From: Vicugna vicugna
Taxonomy: Eukaryota
Assembly (NCBI GenBank): GCA_013265495.1
Contig: MU058423.1
Span: 3,735,061-3,799,060, forward strand
Direction: 5' to 3'
DNA: 64,000 nt
In this document: positions 27,145-40,920 of the stretch, piece by piece
Layout: the number at the start of each line of letters is the position of its first letter
Position numbering within the stretch: position 1 is the stretch's first letter
The notes under the pieces: generated by a model
What the model saw: only the letters and a program-made list of their open reading frames with translations
Told to the model about the DNA's origin: nothing
Databases searched by the model: none
Position numbers and translations under genes: made by a program

Positions 27145-28493
27145 ATGAGAGGGTGTTGATACCAACATGGCCTGTTATTTGCTAATTTGAATGCTGAGAA
27201 AGGACAAAAGTATTGTTTAATCTACAGAAGGGAAGACCTTTTAGGTAAAGAAAGAAGTCACATAATAATTTTTAAGAATATTAAATCTTAATACCTATAC
27301 ACAGATTAATAGTGCTTCTCTGTCACATCAAAAGAAAAAGAAATTATTTTTTAACGGTAGCAAAATTGATGTAGGCTTTAAATTTGGAAAATGCTCAAGT
27401 TGATGAGTTAGGAGTGAGCCTAAATATTTTGGGTAGTATTTTGTTTAAATAGCATTAACCATAAAGTAATCACCAGTGTGTTTTGAATAGCTGGTTAGGC
27501 CTGCCTAAAGGAAGAGGGTAATGTTGATAATTTCCTTTAGTTTTTTTTGAGAATTATTTTTATTTTAACTTCTTAGGATTATTTAGAAGGAATGGGACCC
27601 CTGCCTTGTCATGTGAGCTTTGACAGATACCAGATTTTGCATAAGTAATAAACCCTTAATGTGTGTCTTGTATGTTCTATTGAAGTGATATGAAGGATGT
27701 TTGTCATTTAAATAGCAGTTTAAAATTCTGATTACAATAATTCCTACTGTGTAATCCCCGAGTCTCCTCTCAGGAATGTAGTGAGAAGTGCCTGTAAGCA
27801 GTTCCCGTAGACCGTAGACGTCATATATTTGGGTTTTTCTGTCCGTCTTTGTCTTCCTCCCTCCCTCCTTTCTTTCCCTCTTTCCTTTTGGGGTCACTAA
27901 AAACAAAAGACATTCAGTAAGGGTCCTCAGCCAGGTGCTAAGCATTTAGACATAACCTCAGTCATTTTAAACAAGATTTCCCAGTTACTGAGTTCACTTT
28001 GACGTGTATTCCTTGTGGCCATTTCCAGCAGCAAGAAGGAGGCCTCAGGCAGCCATCCTGTGATTAAGAAGCCTTGGCTCAGTTGTGACTTCTGGCCACA
28101 ATTAAAACTCTCAGCCTTTCTGGAAGTGGCTCTGATGGGCAGGGGTTGCTGGAAGGTCTCCTTCCCAGCCTTTCTGGGGGATTGATGATCTAATAGGAAT
28201 AAGCACTTCAAAATCAGAAAAAGATCAAATTCTGATTTAGGAGTATGATATATAAAAACAATATCATGAAATTGTATCACAGAATTGAATTGGTAATCTC
28301 AACATTCTGGTGGAACCCTGGTCTTCAGCCGATTCTTTACTTGTGTATAAATCAGCTCTACAATACCAGCTTTTATCCAGTGTTTATTTACATGGGTAGC
28401 CATGCTTGACTTTGAATTTATTTACTTGTGTTTTTTGATTGTAACATGTATCTTTAATATTTCCTTCCTAGAAGGGAAGACTTTATTTTTCTC

Positions 28494-28534
28494 NNNNNNN
28501 NNNNNNNNNNNNNNNNNNNNNNNNNNNNNNNNNN
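28494..28534. other. Assembly gap (41 N) at the 3' end of a young L1
   Basis: Run of N in the sequence. Confidence 1.
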
Positions 28535-29086
28535 CCCTTCCCACCCTCCACCCCCCTGGCAACCACAAGTCTGTATTCTCTGTCTATGAGTCTATTTCTG
28601 TCCTGTATTTACGCTTTGTTTTTGTTTGTTTGTTTTTTAGATTCCACATATGAGCGATCTCATATGGTATTTTTCTTTCTCTTTCTGCTTACTTCACTTA
28701 GAATGACATTCTCCAGGAGCATCCATGTTGCTGCAAATGGCATTATGTTGTCGGTTATTATGTCTGAATAGAATTCCATTGTATAAATATACCACATCTT
28801 CTTTATCCAGTCACCTGTTGATGGACATTTAGGCTGTTTCCATGTGTTGGCTATAGTAAATAGTGCTGCTATGAACATTGGGGTGCAGGTGTCATCCTGA
28901 AGTAGGGTTCCTTCTGGATACAAGCCCAGGAGTGGGATGACTGGTTCATATGGTAAGTCTATTCCTAGTCTTTTGAGGAATCTCCACACTGTTTTCCATA
29001 GTGGCTGCACCAAACTGCATTCCCACCAGCAGTGTAGGAGGGTTCCCCTTTCTCCCACAGCCTATCCAGCATTTGTCATTTGTGGA
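28494..29086 (-). mobile_element. Young 5'-truncated L1 (ORF2 C-terminus and 3' UTR)
   Basis: ORF 28660..29058 has L1 ORF2p C-terminal motifs (HCWWEC.LVQPLWK.VWRFL, WIKKMWYIYTME). TSD tatttttctc at 28484-28493 and 29087-29096, followed by TTTT/AA. Confidence 0.95.
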
Positions 29087-29789
29087 TATTTTTCTCTTTT
29101 TTTTAAAGGTTTGATTTTATTAGGAAGATTAAAGATTTTGTATCTTAGAAAGCAATATTAAAACCATTTATTAAATGAAGTATGAATGATTAGGTTGTTT
29201 CATAAACTCAATTAGATGGAATCAACTTAAAAATCAATGTGCTTTATAAATATGCCTTTTAAAGTATTTTCTTGATCATTGCAGGAAGTATATTGGCCCA
29301 GTGAATTGCTATCTGAGTGTTGAGATAAGGTTTGATTTATAAAAAAAAAAATTTAGAATTTCATTTTTGAATGTCAGAGGCCATTAGCATCTCAGTGAAC
29401 ACTAATTATGAGCCTACGATATAGAAGACACTTTGGTAGATGTTGCCGTAGTGCAGTTTTCAATCCAGTCAGAGATATAACCAAGACTATATCTATAAAG
29501 AAAAATCCATATAAATATCTGTTAGCATGTGCCAGAGGTTAACTATGTGCAAATGGGAGTTTGGAGAACTTGATGATGGCCGTGATGCTGGGGTGGGAGT
29601 GCTTCTTTGAGAAGGTGGTTTGTGAAGTGAGGGTTGACCTGGGACAAGCAGAGGAGAGGAGGCATTCTAGGTAAGGCTGACACAGTGGGCTGTGCAGTGC
29701 ACAAGGCACTCTGTTCCAAGGGTCTCATTCCCATCACAGACCTCTCAGGTTTGTGTATGCTTTATAATGATGATTTTCAGGTAGATGGT

Positions 29790-31275
29790 CTGTCTCCCCC
29801 AGTTGCTGTGGTTCCTTGATGGTCCTTGAGTATGCCAGGCAGATTCCTGCTTTAAGGCTTTTTCACTGCTTAATCCTTCTGCTTGGAAGGCTCGTTCCCC
29901 GAGATATCCTCATGGTCAACTCCCTCACCTGCTTCAAGTCTTCACTCACATGTCATCTTTATTGTTCAACCTCGCTGATTATTAGAGAAATGCAAACCAA
30001 AACCACAATGAGTTATTACCGTACACTGCTCACAATGGCCGTCATCAAAAAGTCTACAATAATAAATGCTGGAGAGGGTGTGGAGAAAAGGGAACCCTCC
30101 TACTGTTGGTGGGAATACATATTGGTGTAGCAACTATGGGAAACAGTATGGAGATCCCTTAAAAAACTAGAGTTACCATATGATCCAGCAATCCCACTCC
30201 TGAGCATCTATCTGGAGAAGATGAAAACTTTAAAAAGATACATGCACCCAGTATTTATAGCAGCACTATTTACAATAGCCAAGACATGGAAGCAACTCAA
30301 GTGTCTGTCAGCAGATGAATGGTTTAAGAAGATGTGGTATATATATATATGAAATGGAAAATTACTGAGCCATAAAAGGGTAAAATATTGCCATTTACAG
30401 CAAGATAGATGAACCTAGTGATTGTTATACAATAGGGCATATTATACATACTAAGTGAAGTAAGAGAGAAAAACAAATGTTACACAATGTCACTTATATT
30501 TGGAATCTTAAAAAAATATTACAAATGGATCTATATACAAATCAGAAACAGACTCACAGACATAGAAAACAAACCTAAGGTTACCGAAGGGGAAAGGGAA
30601 GGAGAAGGGATAATTTAGGCATCTAGGATTAACAGATAAAAACTAATACACATAAAATAGGTAAACAACAAGCATTTACTGTACACCCCAGAGAACTAGA
30701 GTCCATATTTTATAATAACTTGTAATGGAAAACAACATGAAAAAATATAAAGTTGAATTATTTTTCTATATACCTAGAACTAATATAGTATTGTAAATCA
30801 ACTATACTTCAGTTTAAAAAGTGTACATTCCTAAATGTTGCAGCATTAACACATAAAGTTCTCCTTCTAAGCTTTTTACTGTAGGCACACAGAGTATTTT
30901 ATTTTTATTTTTAGGGAATATGGCCTGATCAGCTCACTTCAGATAAAATAAAAATACTCTGAGGCAAACAAACGTCATCTTTATGCTGAGGCTTACCCTG
31001 TCCACCCAATGTAAAATAACAATTTCCTTTACTCCCATATTACCATGCTGTCACACTTATCTATAAGTATTGAACATAATGAATAATTACATTACATTTA
31101 GTTTATAAGTTCACTGATGTCTGCTTCTCTTCTTTAACCTCTACTAAAATGAAAGTTTTGTGATGATAGAAATATTTTCCTTCTATGCATTTTTTGTTCA
31201 CTGAAATAGCCCAAGTGCCTGAAACATCACTTTGGCACACAGTACGCACTCAGATGTGTCTTGAGTGAATGAGTG
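29790..31275 (+). mobile_element. L2 3' part, split by the L1 at 29963-30973
   Basis: ctccctcacctgcttcaagtcttcactcacatgtcatc resumes as gtcatctttatgctgaggcttaccctg and ends gagtgaatgagtg. Confidence 0.75.
29963..30820 (+). mobile_element. 5'-truncated L1 (ORF2 end and 3' UTR) with candidate 3' transduction to ~30970
   Basis: attagagaaatgcaaaccaaaaccacaatgag...ttgtaaatcaactatacttcagtttaaaaa; TSD gtcatctttat at 29952-29962 and 30974-30984. Confidence 0.93.
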
Positions 31276-34200
31276 CAGGGTGAAGTTGAAGTGGCTCTGA
31301 TCTTCCTAATTTAGGAGATTTCAAGAAATGTGACTCAGTTAACTAAGGTTATGAGGAGGGGTTTCTCTCTTTTTTTGTGCATGATTGTGTAGGATATTGT
31401 ATCTGTTTTTAAACATGAATTTCAGTTTGTAATGTATTGGAAGGGAATTATGATAGGCAGTGTCAGTAAGGACTATAGATGGGACATCTGGGCTTACTTG
31501 GGAGTCCTGGAAGTCATGACTGAGATTGCTTATCTGATGAAAAGGAATCTCAGGGATGGAACCCTGAGGTGTGACGTTGACACAGCAGAAAGGGCAGAAG
31601 ACAGTAAGTGAAACTGTGACACAGTTGTCAGAGGGGTAGGAAGAAACCCATGAGAAGGTGTTGTCCATGGACCGTGGAAAATTACAGTGATCACAGTGCA
31701 GAGTCATGGCAGTCAAATAAAAGAAATACAAATTCAGCCATCAGATTTGGCAATTCGGCTGCCATTGGTGATTTTTGCCTCAGTTGGATAGTGTGGATGA
31801 CTTGGGGCATTGGTCCAGGAAAAGAACCAGGGGCGTGAAGACACCACCGTGTGTGTGATTGTGTGTGATGGGAGCCACACCTGCTGCACCTCATTGGATG
31901 ACGTCAGACAGTAGCACTTAGAGCAGCATCTCGGCGCACAGCAGTCACATGGCCTTCTTCAGCGAAATCGGTGTGTTAGCTAATTTCCTAGCAGATGGAA
32001 ATAAAGTATCGTGAGGAAGGACGAGTGCCTCTTTTGATTCACACAAAGGGGCTATAGAAGGTGGGCAGTGCGCATTCAGTGGCCCTGAGTGGAGACAGTG
32101 CCGTATGTTCTTACTGGAACTGACTTTTGATGTAGAAGAAAGAGGAAAGTATTGTGTGACATGAGTGATAGGAGAAGCATGTTATCTGCAGTTCTGGTTG
32201 AGATAGGTTAGCTGAGAAGCGGCCCAGAGCAGAGGCAAATTATCAGAGTATTAGAGTGTCCAGCTGCAGGGTGATGAGAAGGAATGAGGGTGAGAAGCAA
32301 AGGCTTGAGGGGTCGAGAAGATCTGGTGATGGCCTGGGTGTGACTGAGAACAAGGATGTCAAGAATGATTTTGAGGTCATAGGGTGGGAGGACGAGGGAA
32401 ATTAATTTTTTTTAAAAACATAAACAGAGGTGTTGGTTCTCACGAAATGTGAGTTCAGTTTTAACCATGCTTAGTTTGAGGTGGCAGGGCAATGCTAAGA
32501 TAGGAGTTTCTGGTGGATGGAGTTGTTGAACAAACGTGAAGGGCAGGAATCAGTTTGGTCAGTTTCCAGCAGAAGTTAAGAGATGGACTTAAAATGTAGG
32601 CTCGCTCTCGCCTCCGTGCTACCTGTGTTAGGTCATTAACCTCTTCACACCACCCTGTGAGACTGGTGGTGGTATAATTTCCACTGGAAGTTAGAGTTTA
32701 TCATTTGCCTGGCCTCCCACAATTTATAAGTAATAGAGCTGGAGTTCACACCAGGGTCTTTCTGCCCAGAGCCACCATCCTTAACCCGTGTCCTTTCCTG
32801 CTTCCATCCCTGGCCGTCACACTGGGGGCTGATGAAGACGGAGACTCTGGGATGGCATTTGCTTTTCGCAGACTTTGTTTTACACTCATTACTTCAAACA
32901 GTACCTGGTCCACTTTGGTCAAACCTCTGATGGGGCTGCAGACATCCCCTGCTGTCAGAGGTCCTTTTGGAGATGCTGGTTTTCTTCGGAAACACCTAAG
33001 GTGCTTGTTCATACAGACCAACTGTACAGATATTTTAAAAATCAGATATCCTGCTACCTCTCTTTTCTTTCTCAACAGCACATTCCCACACCTTAATTTT
33101 GATTTTTCTTTCCTTTTTGTGTATCACCTGCCCTTGTTGAAAAGGAGGATGGCCACCTGAAGTTCTTCCTGGTCCGTGAAAACAGTTTCACTCTGGTGGA
33201 TGATCTCATTCAGTTCTGCCTTTACAGTTTTCACCTGGGACTAGTTTAATAGTACAGATATGTGAGCTGTTGGGATTCATCCCTTAATACATCAGTATCT
33301 GTGGCTGGGAGATTGTTAATAAAATCTTTAAGTCTTTGGTATTGCAGACATGAGTGGCTATATGTAAGCAAGTGCTTCATTTCAGGAGATTCCACAAATA
33401 TGTCAGTGAAGTTTTTTTTTTTAATTTTAGTTTGATTGACATCCTATTGTCCTTCTATGTAATAAGATTTATAATCTTATGGCAGGTGATATATACTTGG
33501 CATAATTTCCTAAATATTTGGCATAATTTCGTATATATTTTCTTGAAGGTTTAAACACAGAGGACCTCAGGTTATTCTAAAATGTGTGAAATACAAGAAA
33601 ATCATAACAGTCTCTGTATACATTAAATGCATACTGTGGAAGAAATTCATCTAAATCCCTTTGTATGATTATTATCTAAGCAGTACTTATGTGTGTGGCA
33701 ATTGTTGAAAAGGCAGGAGAGGGAATGTTACTAAAAATAAATATAGTTTAATCTTCCTGAATGTGGAATAAAAATTGTACACCATATTTATCATCATATT
33801 TAGACAAATAACACAGGATGGAAGATGGGCAAAGTCATTGTAAGGGTGGGATGTGTAGTTACAGTTATGTTCCCATCCATTACACTGATCACGGAAAATG
33901 ATGGTGTACATTCAATCGCAGATGCCTTTTAATCACTTTAGAATCTTAGCTCAGAAAACTAGGGAAAACCTCTGGAGACCCTAGTTCAGCCTCCTGTCCT
34001 TCGGCTTGGAAGGTTAGACTTCATCTACAGCGGAGGTTCTCAAGCTTTCTCAGTGCACCACATGGTTAGTGTCTGCGATGTTCTTTTCCACTTCACCCTC
34101 AGCCAAAATGATACTGAAACAAAAAACCCTGGCATTTTCTGTTTTTAAGTAGTTAGCTCTAGACAACTTAATAGTTTTTTGAAAAAAAATACACATAAAT

Positions 34201-34358
34201 TGAAAGGAAAAATAAGTTTTATTTTTATCTCTTAAATACTCACAATTACTTGCAAATGGGATGTGAGCGCCTGGTGGCCACCACACTTCTCAGCTCTTGG
34301 AATAAGCTTACATACCTCCTACGCTCATCTCCTGTTCCACATGGATTGATGTGCTGTG

Positions 34359-34588
34359 CAGTTGGCCATTGAATAATACAGGTTTGAACTGTGGGGGACC
34401 ACTTATATGCAGATCTTTTTTTTTTTTTTTTTACTAAATATGTGGTACAGTGCTATGCAGTCCGTGGTTGGTTGAATCCACAGATGCGGAACCATGGATA
34501 TGGCGGGCTGACTGTAAAGTTATAATTGGATTTTCCACTACACTGAGAGTCCGTGCCCTCAACCCTTGCATTGTTCAAGGGTCAGCTA
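34359..34588 (+). mobile_element. Tigger2-derived MITE (TcMar-Tigger)
   Basis: Degenerate terminal inverted repeats cagttggccattgaataa / ttgttcaagggtcagct; internal ggttgaatccacagatgcggaacc. Confidence 0.85.
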
Positions 34589-37500
34589 TTATTATTATCA
34601 TTTTAATCACAGGAACCGCAGAATATCCAGCTTCACAAAGAAAAGTTATTGAAAGGAATGCAGTGTGATCTAATGTTGGAACTGCATACTAATTTCAGCC
34701 AGTGGTTCATGCAGTGTCTGACAGATGTTGACTATTCCTATGATTTTTTGAAAACTTAAAATATCCTGGGAACTGTAGATCGATAATCTTACAGCTAGTA
34801 GATCATGGGAAATTATTGCCTCCAAGTGCTGTGTAATAACATAGGGAAATTGTCAGATACATCTCCTGGGTGCCCAACCAATACAAGTTATCTTTCCCTT
34901 GAAATGCCATCAGTTTTTACAGCTGTGTTTTCCCCTGGAGTCCTGACTTACATGTATTTGCAGTCTAGTAATCTTTACTAAGTACAGCATCACATATTTT
35001 ATTGGCAGTTGTTTGATTTTATGTGTAAGTGGAAGACACCATTGTTACTGAATTTCTGCCATAAAGCAGATGGCTTTATAGAAACTGTATTTCATAAAAC
35101 ACACAAGGCAAAAAAAAAAAAAAGCTCATTAACATGAGGCTGAGTGAATGGAGAACTTGTGGACCATTTTCCTAGGATTTTAATCAGATAACACAACATG
35201 AATAGTTGTATGTAAGATGTAAGCCTGGCAAGTTTACAGAGGCCACAAAGACCCTACTGTGATGTGGTAGCCTCTGTTGACTGACTGAGTTCTTCGTGTC
35301 AGGGTGGAGATATCTAGCTATTTCAGAAGATCACGCAGAGGTCCATTTAGGAAAATACAGTGTAGATCGCACTGCTTACTTTAGCACTCTTCAGTTGTGG
35401 TTTTGAGGCAGTGATCATTCCGGAACAAGACTCTGCTCATCGCCTCTTATGCTTTCACAGTTTAGAGACTTGTCTTGGCAACAGATTATATCTGATACAA
35501 TGTGGTCCCCTAACATCTAGATGTTAAAAGGCCTGACATTGCACCATTTATGTGGAAAAGAGAATTTCTCATCACTACCTATTAATGATGAAGTCCTAAA
35601 AACAACTTTTAGGTATTGCACTGATGACTTCCAGCCATTAGCAGAGACATTTTCCAGAAGATATGGGGGAAATGTCAAATTTGCATGCAGTGGTGGGGGC
35701 ATACAGATAACTTCTGTATCTATCCATATGAAGCTTTGTTTCAAATTATTAGAAATATCAAGGGTTGAGTTTTACTTTGCAGTGTCTAGAGCAGGTTTGA
35801 GTTTCTTGAAAAGTGGAGGGAGTAGGTATAATTTTAGTGAGCTACAAATGCCTCCTGATACATAATAAACATGCTGAAAATGTATGAACCTATAGAAAAA
35901 ACAGAAAGAACTGTTGAAAGACCTAAAGGAGATTCTTGAAGAGATCAAGTTGAAACCAGTCATGATACAGATTGAAGTAAGCCTTCTGGTGTTTTGTTTA
36001 CCTGTCTGGGAAAAGCCAAGGGAATCAGTAAGACTTTTGATCTGCTTTCCTGACTCAGCTGTTATTAGTTTGGCTTTGGACAAGTTCCGTCCCCTGTCTC
36101 ACCACATTGTACCTCGCCTAGAATATGGGGGCAGTACCTGTTTTATGGAATGCACTAAGGAGTAAATGAAGTAACACCGCAGAGGACCTTATTCAGCCCC
36201 AGTACATCCACTGCCTCAGAAGGCTCACCCAGTGAACTCCGTCTCCTGTCCCTCAGAGCTCACATGTGGCTCCTTACTTCTTCCACTTTCCCTGAACTCT
36301 CACGTGTGGTTGACTGTCATCCGCTGTGCTCCCAGAGCTGAGGACACACCCTTCCTGTAGCATTATCAGCTTGTATTGTAATGATTTGTTCCTGTATCTC
36401 CTCCCCTGGGCCGTACAGTTCTGGAGGAGGGAACCATGTCTGATTCGGTATCTTCACAGAACTTAAATGCTCAAAAATGATGTGGTGTGAATGATGTGAC
36501 TGGGTGGCTGCCTTCCTCTGTCAGCTCACCTCTAGGCTGTCTCTGTAGTCTGTGTGATGGTGCCCTTGACACCCAACTCTGTCTTTCTGAGTGCTTAGCA
36601 AAAGAAATAGATGCCTTCCTAATTCATTCATAGGAAATAATAATTGCCTTGAAAAAGGTCCTCCAGGAAACTTTTCTAACCCCGCCCTTCTAGGTAGAAT
36701 AACCATTATTTGTGCCCTTCAAGAACCATGCACATACTTCCATCATCCCCGCCCTGTTACTTGAATAGTCTTACCGAACTTGTATTTGTGTGTTCATTTC
36801 CCCGATGGATAATGAGCTCATTGAGATAGGCATTGCATCCAGTTCATCTCTGCATCCTGCATCTTCAGTTCTCAGAGGATGTTTGTTGACAGATGGCCTG
36901 AATATCCTTTCCCAGACTGAAATGTTGATTTGTTAATTTTTGTTACGGTGAGCAGTCTTGCCATTACTCAAAAAGACTTTGTTTTTAAATTGAGCTACAT
37001 TGTATAGAACAAGTTAAAAGGTGTTTTGTGCTTGTTTCTTGATTGTAGGACACATCTAGATATAACATTCAGGTATTTATATTCATGTATAATATATAGT
37101 TTATTGCATGCATGTTTAGATTTAGATATTTTATGGGAGATGTGTTTTCTGCAAATGCATTTTACAGATTGTAAATACCGACAAAACTCCCAGGGCTGTG
37201 AAGTATCTGAGTAGCTAAGTGTAATAAAACATTATAATAAGCCAAGAATCTGCTGATTGTTCCATTTCCCTGCAGGCTCAGTAGAGGTTGAAAGCTTTAT
37301 TTTAGGAAAGTAATCTTCACATTATTAGTGTAAACTGACATATTAAGTAACAGCGCACTTATAAAGAGATCCTTGTCTACCAGGTTTGGTGTAAGGGGAG
37401 GAAAACCATGCTTCACTCAGAAAACCACTGGCCAGAGTGAATACTCACTATTTCTTCATGCATTCAATGATAAATATTTTTTCATGTTATTTTTTTCTCA

Positions 37501-39092
37501 CATATTTATTTTTGCAATGTTAAAACGGCTGTATTTTTCATACTTGTAAATGAAGAATACATTTACTTACAAAAGTAACTGCTTATGAGGAAAGTGGAAA
37601 TAAGGTGAAATCTCACGACCCAGAGGTAACCATTATCAGGTTTATCATATATACTTACACGCATGGATACTCATGTGTTACGTATACGAATGTTCACATG
37701 CTCACACCCACCCTCCCGTATTTTACAAAATAAGGTCCTACCACAGGCATTGAGCTTTTATCTACTTTCTTGTTTCTTAAACTTAATCATGTCAGTGATT
37801 TTTATCAGTTTTTTTTTCAAATTGTGCTGACATTCTTTACTCATAAGAATAATAAAATCTCTTTTAATCTAAAGTCACTGGAAGATAAAACGTTCTACCT
37901 AATAGTTTCCAAGTTAGGTAAGGGTTTGCTTACTCTTACTTTAATGTTTTTTTTTCTTTTAATGTAAAAAAATTCTAAAATGTGGCATACAAAAATGGTT
38001 CTGAGACTTTGGATTTTATTGACTGGCGTGTGGAAAAGATGGGACAATTTTAGCAAAGTAGAGTAGTAATAAAGTCACATAAAATGTCTTATGCCTTATA
38101 TCACCTTCATTTCACAGAAGAGATGACCGAGTCGAACACCATCAGAATGGGCAGGGGATGGTGCTGGACAGTCATTCAGGAAGTCCCACCATGAGGGCTC
38201 AGATAAGCAGCTCTGAGGAACCACCACTTCTGTACTTACTGAGCTATTGTGTACTGAGCAGGGTGTGTGCACATAACGTGGTTGCTGGAGGCCAAATGAT
38301 GTGACTTGCTGTCCAGTAGGATGAAGGCCTCCAGGCTTCACTGGGACCGTGGGATCCTTGTTGCCAGGCAGTAGCCCCTTCCTACCTCACTTCCTCCCTT
38401 TCCTCTTGAATTGACTTCCTCGGTTTCCCTTATACCCCCTGTCGTCCATTGCTGCTGCTTCCTCCTCTCTTGCTTCTCAAATCTGCCTCACTTTGTCTTT
38501 TCTCTGCTCTTCCCCCCCTATTTCTCTGCTCTTTCCCTCTATTTCTCTGCTCTTCCAATTCTTATGATTCCCCTGCAGGAGAATCTTTTAAGACATAGTC
38601 CTCTTAGCCTATGTTGTGGGTGAAGTATTCAGAAGCATTTATTAATTGAGTTGTTCATTCAACACATGTTTATCCTCTCTCTCTAGGCTGCAGAGGGGCA
38701 AAGTCCACCTCAACCTTTGCTGGGAGTTCTCAGGACTGTGGTCGTGGCTTTGGGTTTTAGCACTTTGGGCAGTTGTCACGGGCAGTTCCTTGTGTTATGG
38801 CCCTCCGTGCACTGGTGTAAGCCTGACAGTAGATTTTAGATTTCTTTGGGTCAGTCGTTTTTTCTGTCCCTTGTGTCTGCTGAGTGCTGAACAGTGTCTT
38901 GTACAGAGTAAATTTTTTGGGGGAGGGATTTTTTGAGGATCTGATAATGGTTTAGAGTCAAACTCTACAAAGAAGTGAACTCTTTAGTCCTACATGTGGC
39001 CTGAATTAGAGACTAAATTGCCAGTGAAATCAGATTCCGTCTCTAATATATAATAAAAACTGGTGAAATCATTCAGCAGTGTATGTGAAATG

Positions 39093-40018
39093 AACTCATT
39101 CTCAATGGTGGAAAGCTGAACGCATTCCCTCTAAGATCAGGAACAAGACAAGGATGCCCACTCTTGCCACTGTTACTCAACTTAGTTTTGGAAGTCCTAG
39201 CCACAGCAGAGAAGACAAAGAAGTAAAAGGAGTCCAAACTGGAAAAGAAAAAGTAAAACTCACTGTTTGCAGATGACATGATACTACACATAGAAAATCC
39301 TAAAGACGCCACCTGAAAACCACTGGAGCTCACCAATGAATTTGGTGAAGTTGCAGGATGCAAAACTCATAGACAGAAATCTGTTGAATCTCTATACACT
39401 AAAAATGAAGTGTCAGAAAGAGAAATTAAGGAAACAATCCCATTTACCACTGAATCGAAAAGAATAAAATACCTAGAATTAAACCTACCTAAAAAGGTAA
39501 AAGGTGTTCTATGAGAACTATAAGATGCTGATGAAAGAAACTGAAGATGATACAAACAGATGGAAAGATACACTGTGCTCTTGGACTGGAAGAATCAATA
39601 TTTTAAAATGACCATACTACCCAAGGCAATCTACAGATTTAGTACAATCCCTATCAAAATACCAGTGGCATTTTTCACAGAACTAGAACAAATAACTTGA
39701 AAAATTGTACAGAAACAAAAAGGCCCTGAATAGCCAAAGCAATCTTGAGAAACAAGAACAGAGCTGGAAGAATCGTGCTCCCTGACTTCAGACTATACTA
39801 CAAAGCTACAGTAATTAAAACAGTATAATATTGCCACAGAAACAGACACACAGATCAGTGGAACAGGATAGAGAGCCCAGAAGTGATCTCCCACACCTAG
39901 GGTCAATAAGTCTATGACAGAGGAGGCAAGAATAGGCAATAGAGAAAAGACAATCTCTTCAATAAGTGGTGCTGGGAAAACTAGACAGCTGCCTGTAAAG
40001 TGAAATTAGAACGTTCTT
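39093..40018 (+). mobile_element. Internal L1 ORF2 (RT region) fragment with no 3' end
   Basis: caggaacaagacaaggatgccc, tttgcagatgacatgat (FADD motif), cctgacttcagactatactacaaagc; many stops and frameshifts. Confidence 0.93.
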
Positions 40019-40634
40019 TGTTGGGAATGCTCTGCATGCTTATGTTTTTCCAAAGATTAGTTCTTAAGGACCTGCTCAAGTAGAGTCTAAGTCTCTAGGT
40101 GGAGGAGGAGCTTTATCAATTGATCCAACGCTTGATTTACGTCCAGTATATTCTGCCGAATGCGAGTTGCCTTCTACTGTTTTATAGAAATGGCCCTGGG
40201 GTTCTGCAGATCTCTGGCTCCCTGAACTGAACACTGTGTGTCTGTGTTGTCCTGGTGGAATCAGAGTCCTGCACGTGCTATGGCCGTTGGAGGGCATGTG
40301 AGGCACCCCCTCTGGCAGGGAGAGTCACTTCCCACATGGAGTCCCAGGTGACAGTGGACCCTACTGGGGCAGCGCAGGGCATTTTCAGTGTCACCTCACT
40401 CAACACCTCTCTGTGCAGCAGCAGTTCTCTGCTGAACCACTTTGTGGGTAAATTCCTGTGAGCATCATATGCACAGTAATAACCGTTTTTATATTTCTGT
40501 GTGAATCATGTGTCCTACAGATAAAATTTAACCATTGTGCAAATGTATGCAGAAGTCTGTATGTAATTGAGTTTTGAGCAAGTCAGACACATGATCAGTG
40601 AGATGATCACATCAAGTTTTCTCTACTGTGCCAT

Positions 40635-40920
40635 TAGAATATCTGAAGCATACTCTGGTGGTTAGTCATTTTGAAGCCATGTTGCCTGTTTGAATTCCTG
40701 CTCTTCTGTGGCTGTGTGACAGAGTTTAACTCTGCCTCTGTTTCCTCATCTGTAAAGTGAGATAGTTAGCTCAAGGATTTATGTGAGGATTAGATGAGAG
40801 AGAGAGAGAGTGTGTGTGTGTGTGTGTGTGTGCGCGCTTGCGCGCGTGCATGTACACTCACTGATGTCTAGCATGGTGCCTGGCACAGAGTAAGATAAGG
40901 GCTAGTTTTACTAGTATTAT
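40635..40920 (+). mobile_element. MIR interrupted by a compound microsatellite
   Basis: tttcctcatctgtaaagtgagat...gtgaggattagatgag[(GA)n(TG)n]...gcatggtgcctggcacagagtaag. Confidence 0.8.
40796..40857 (+). repeat. Compound (GA)n(TG)n(CG)n microsatellite
   Basis: Seen directly. Confidence 0.95.

Noticed and set aside
28660..29058. 132-aa ORF as a host gene
   Set aside because: L1 ORF2p C-terminal remnant.
34028..34790. Possible older hAT-type DNA transposon around the Tigger MITE
   Set aside because: Start is suggestive but I could not identify matching TIRs or a TSD.
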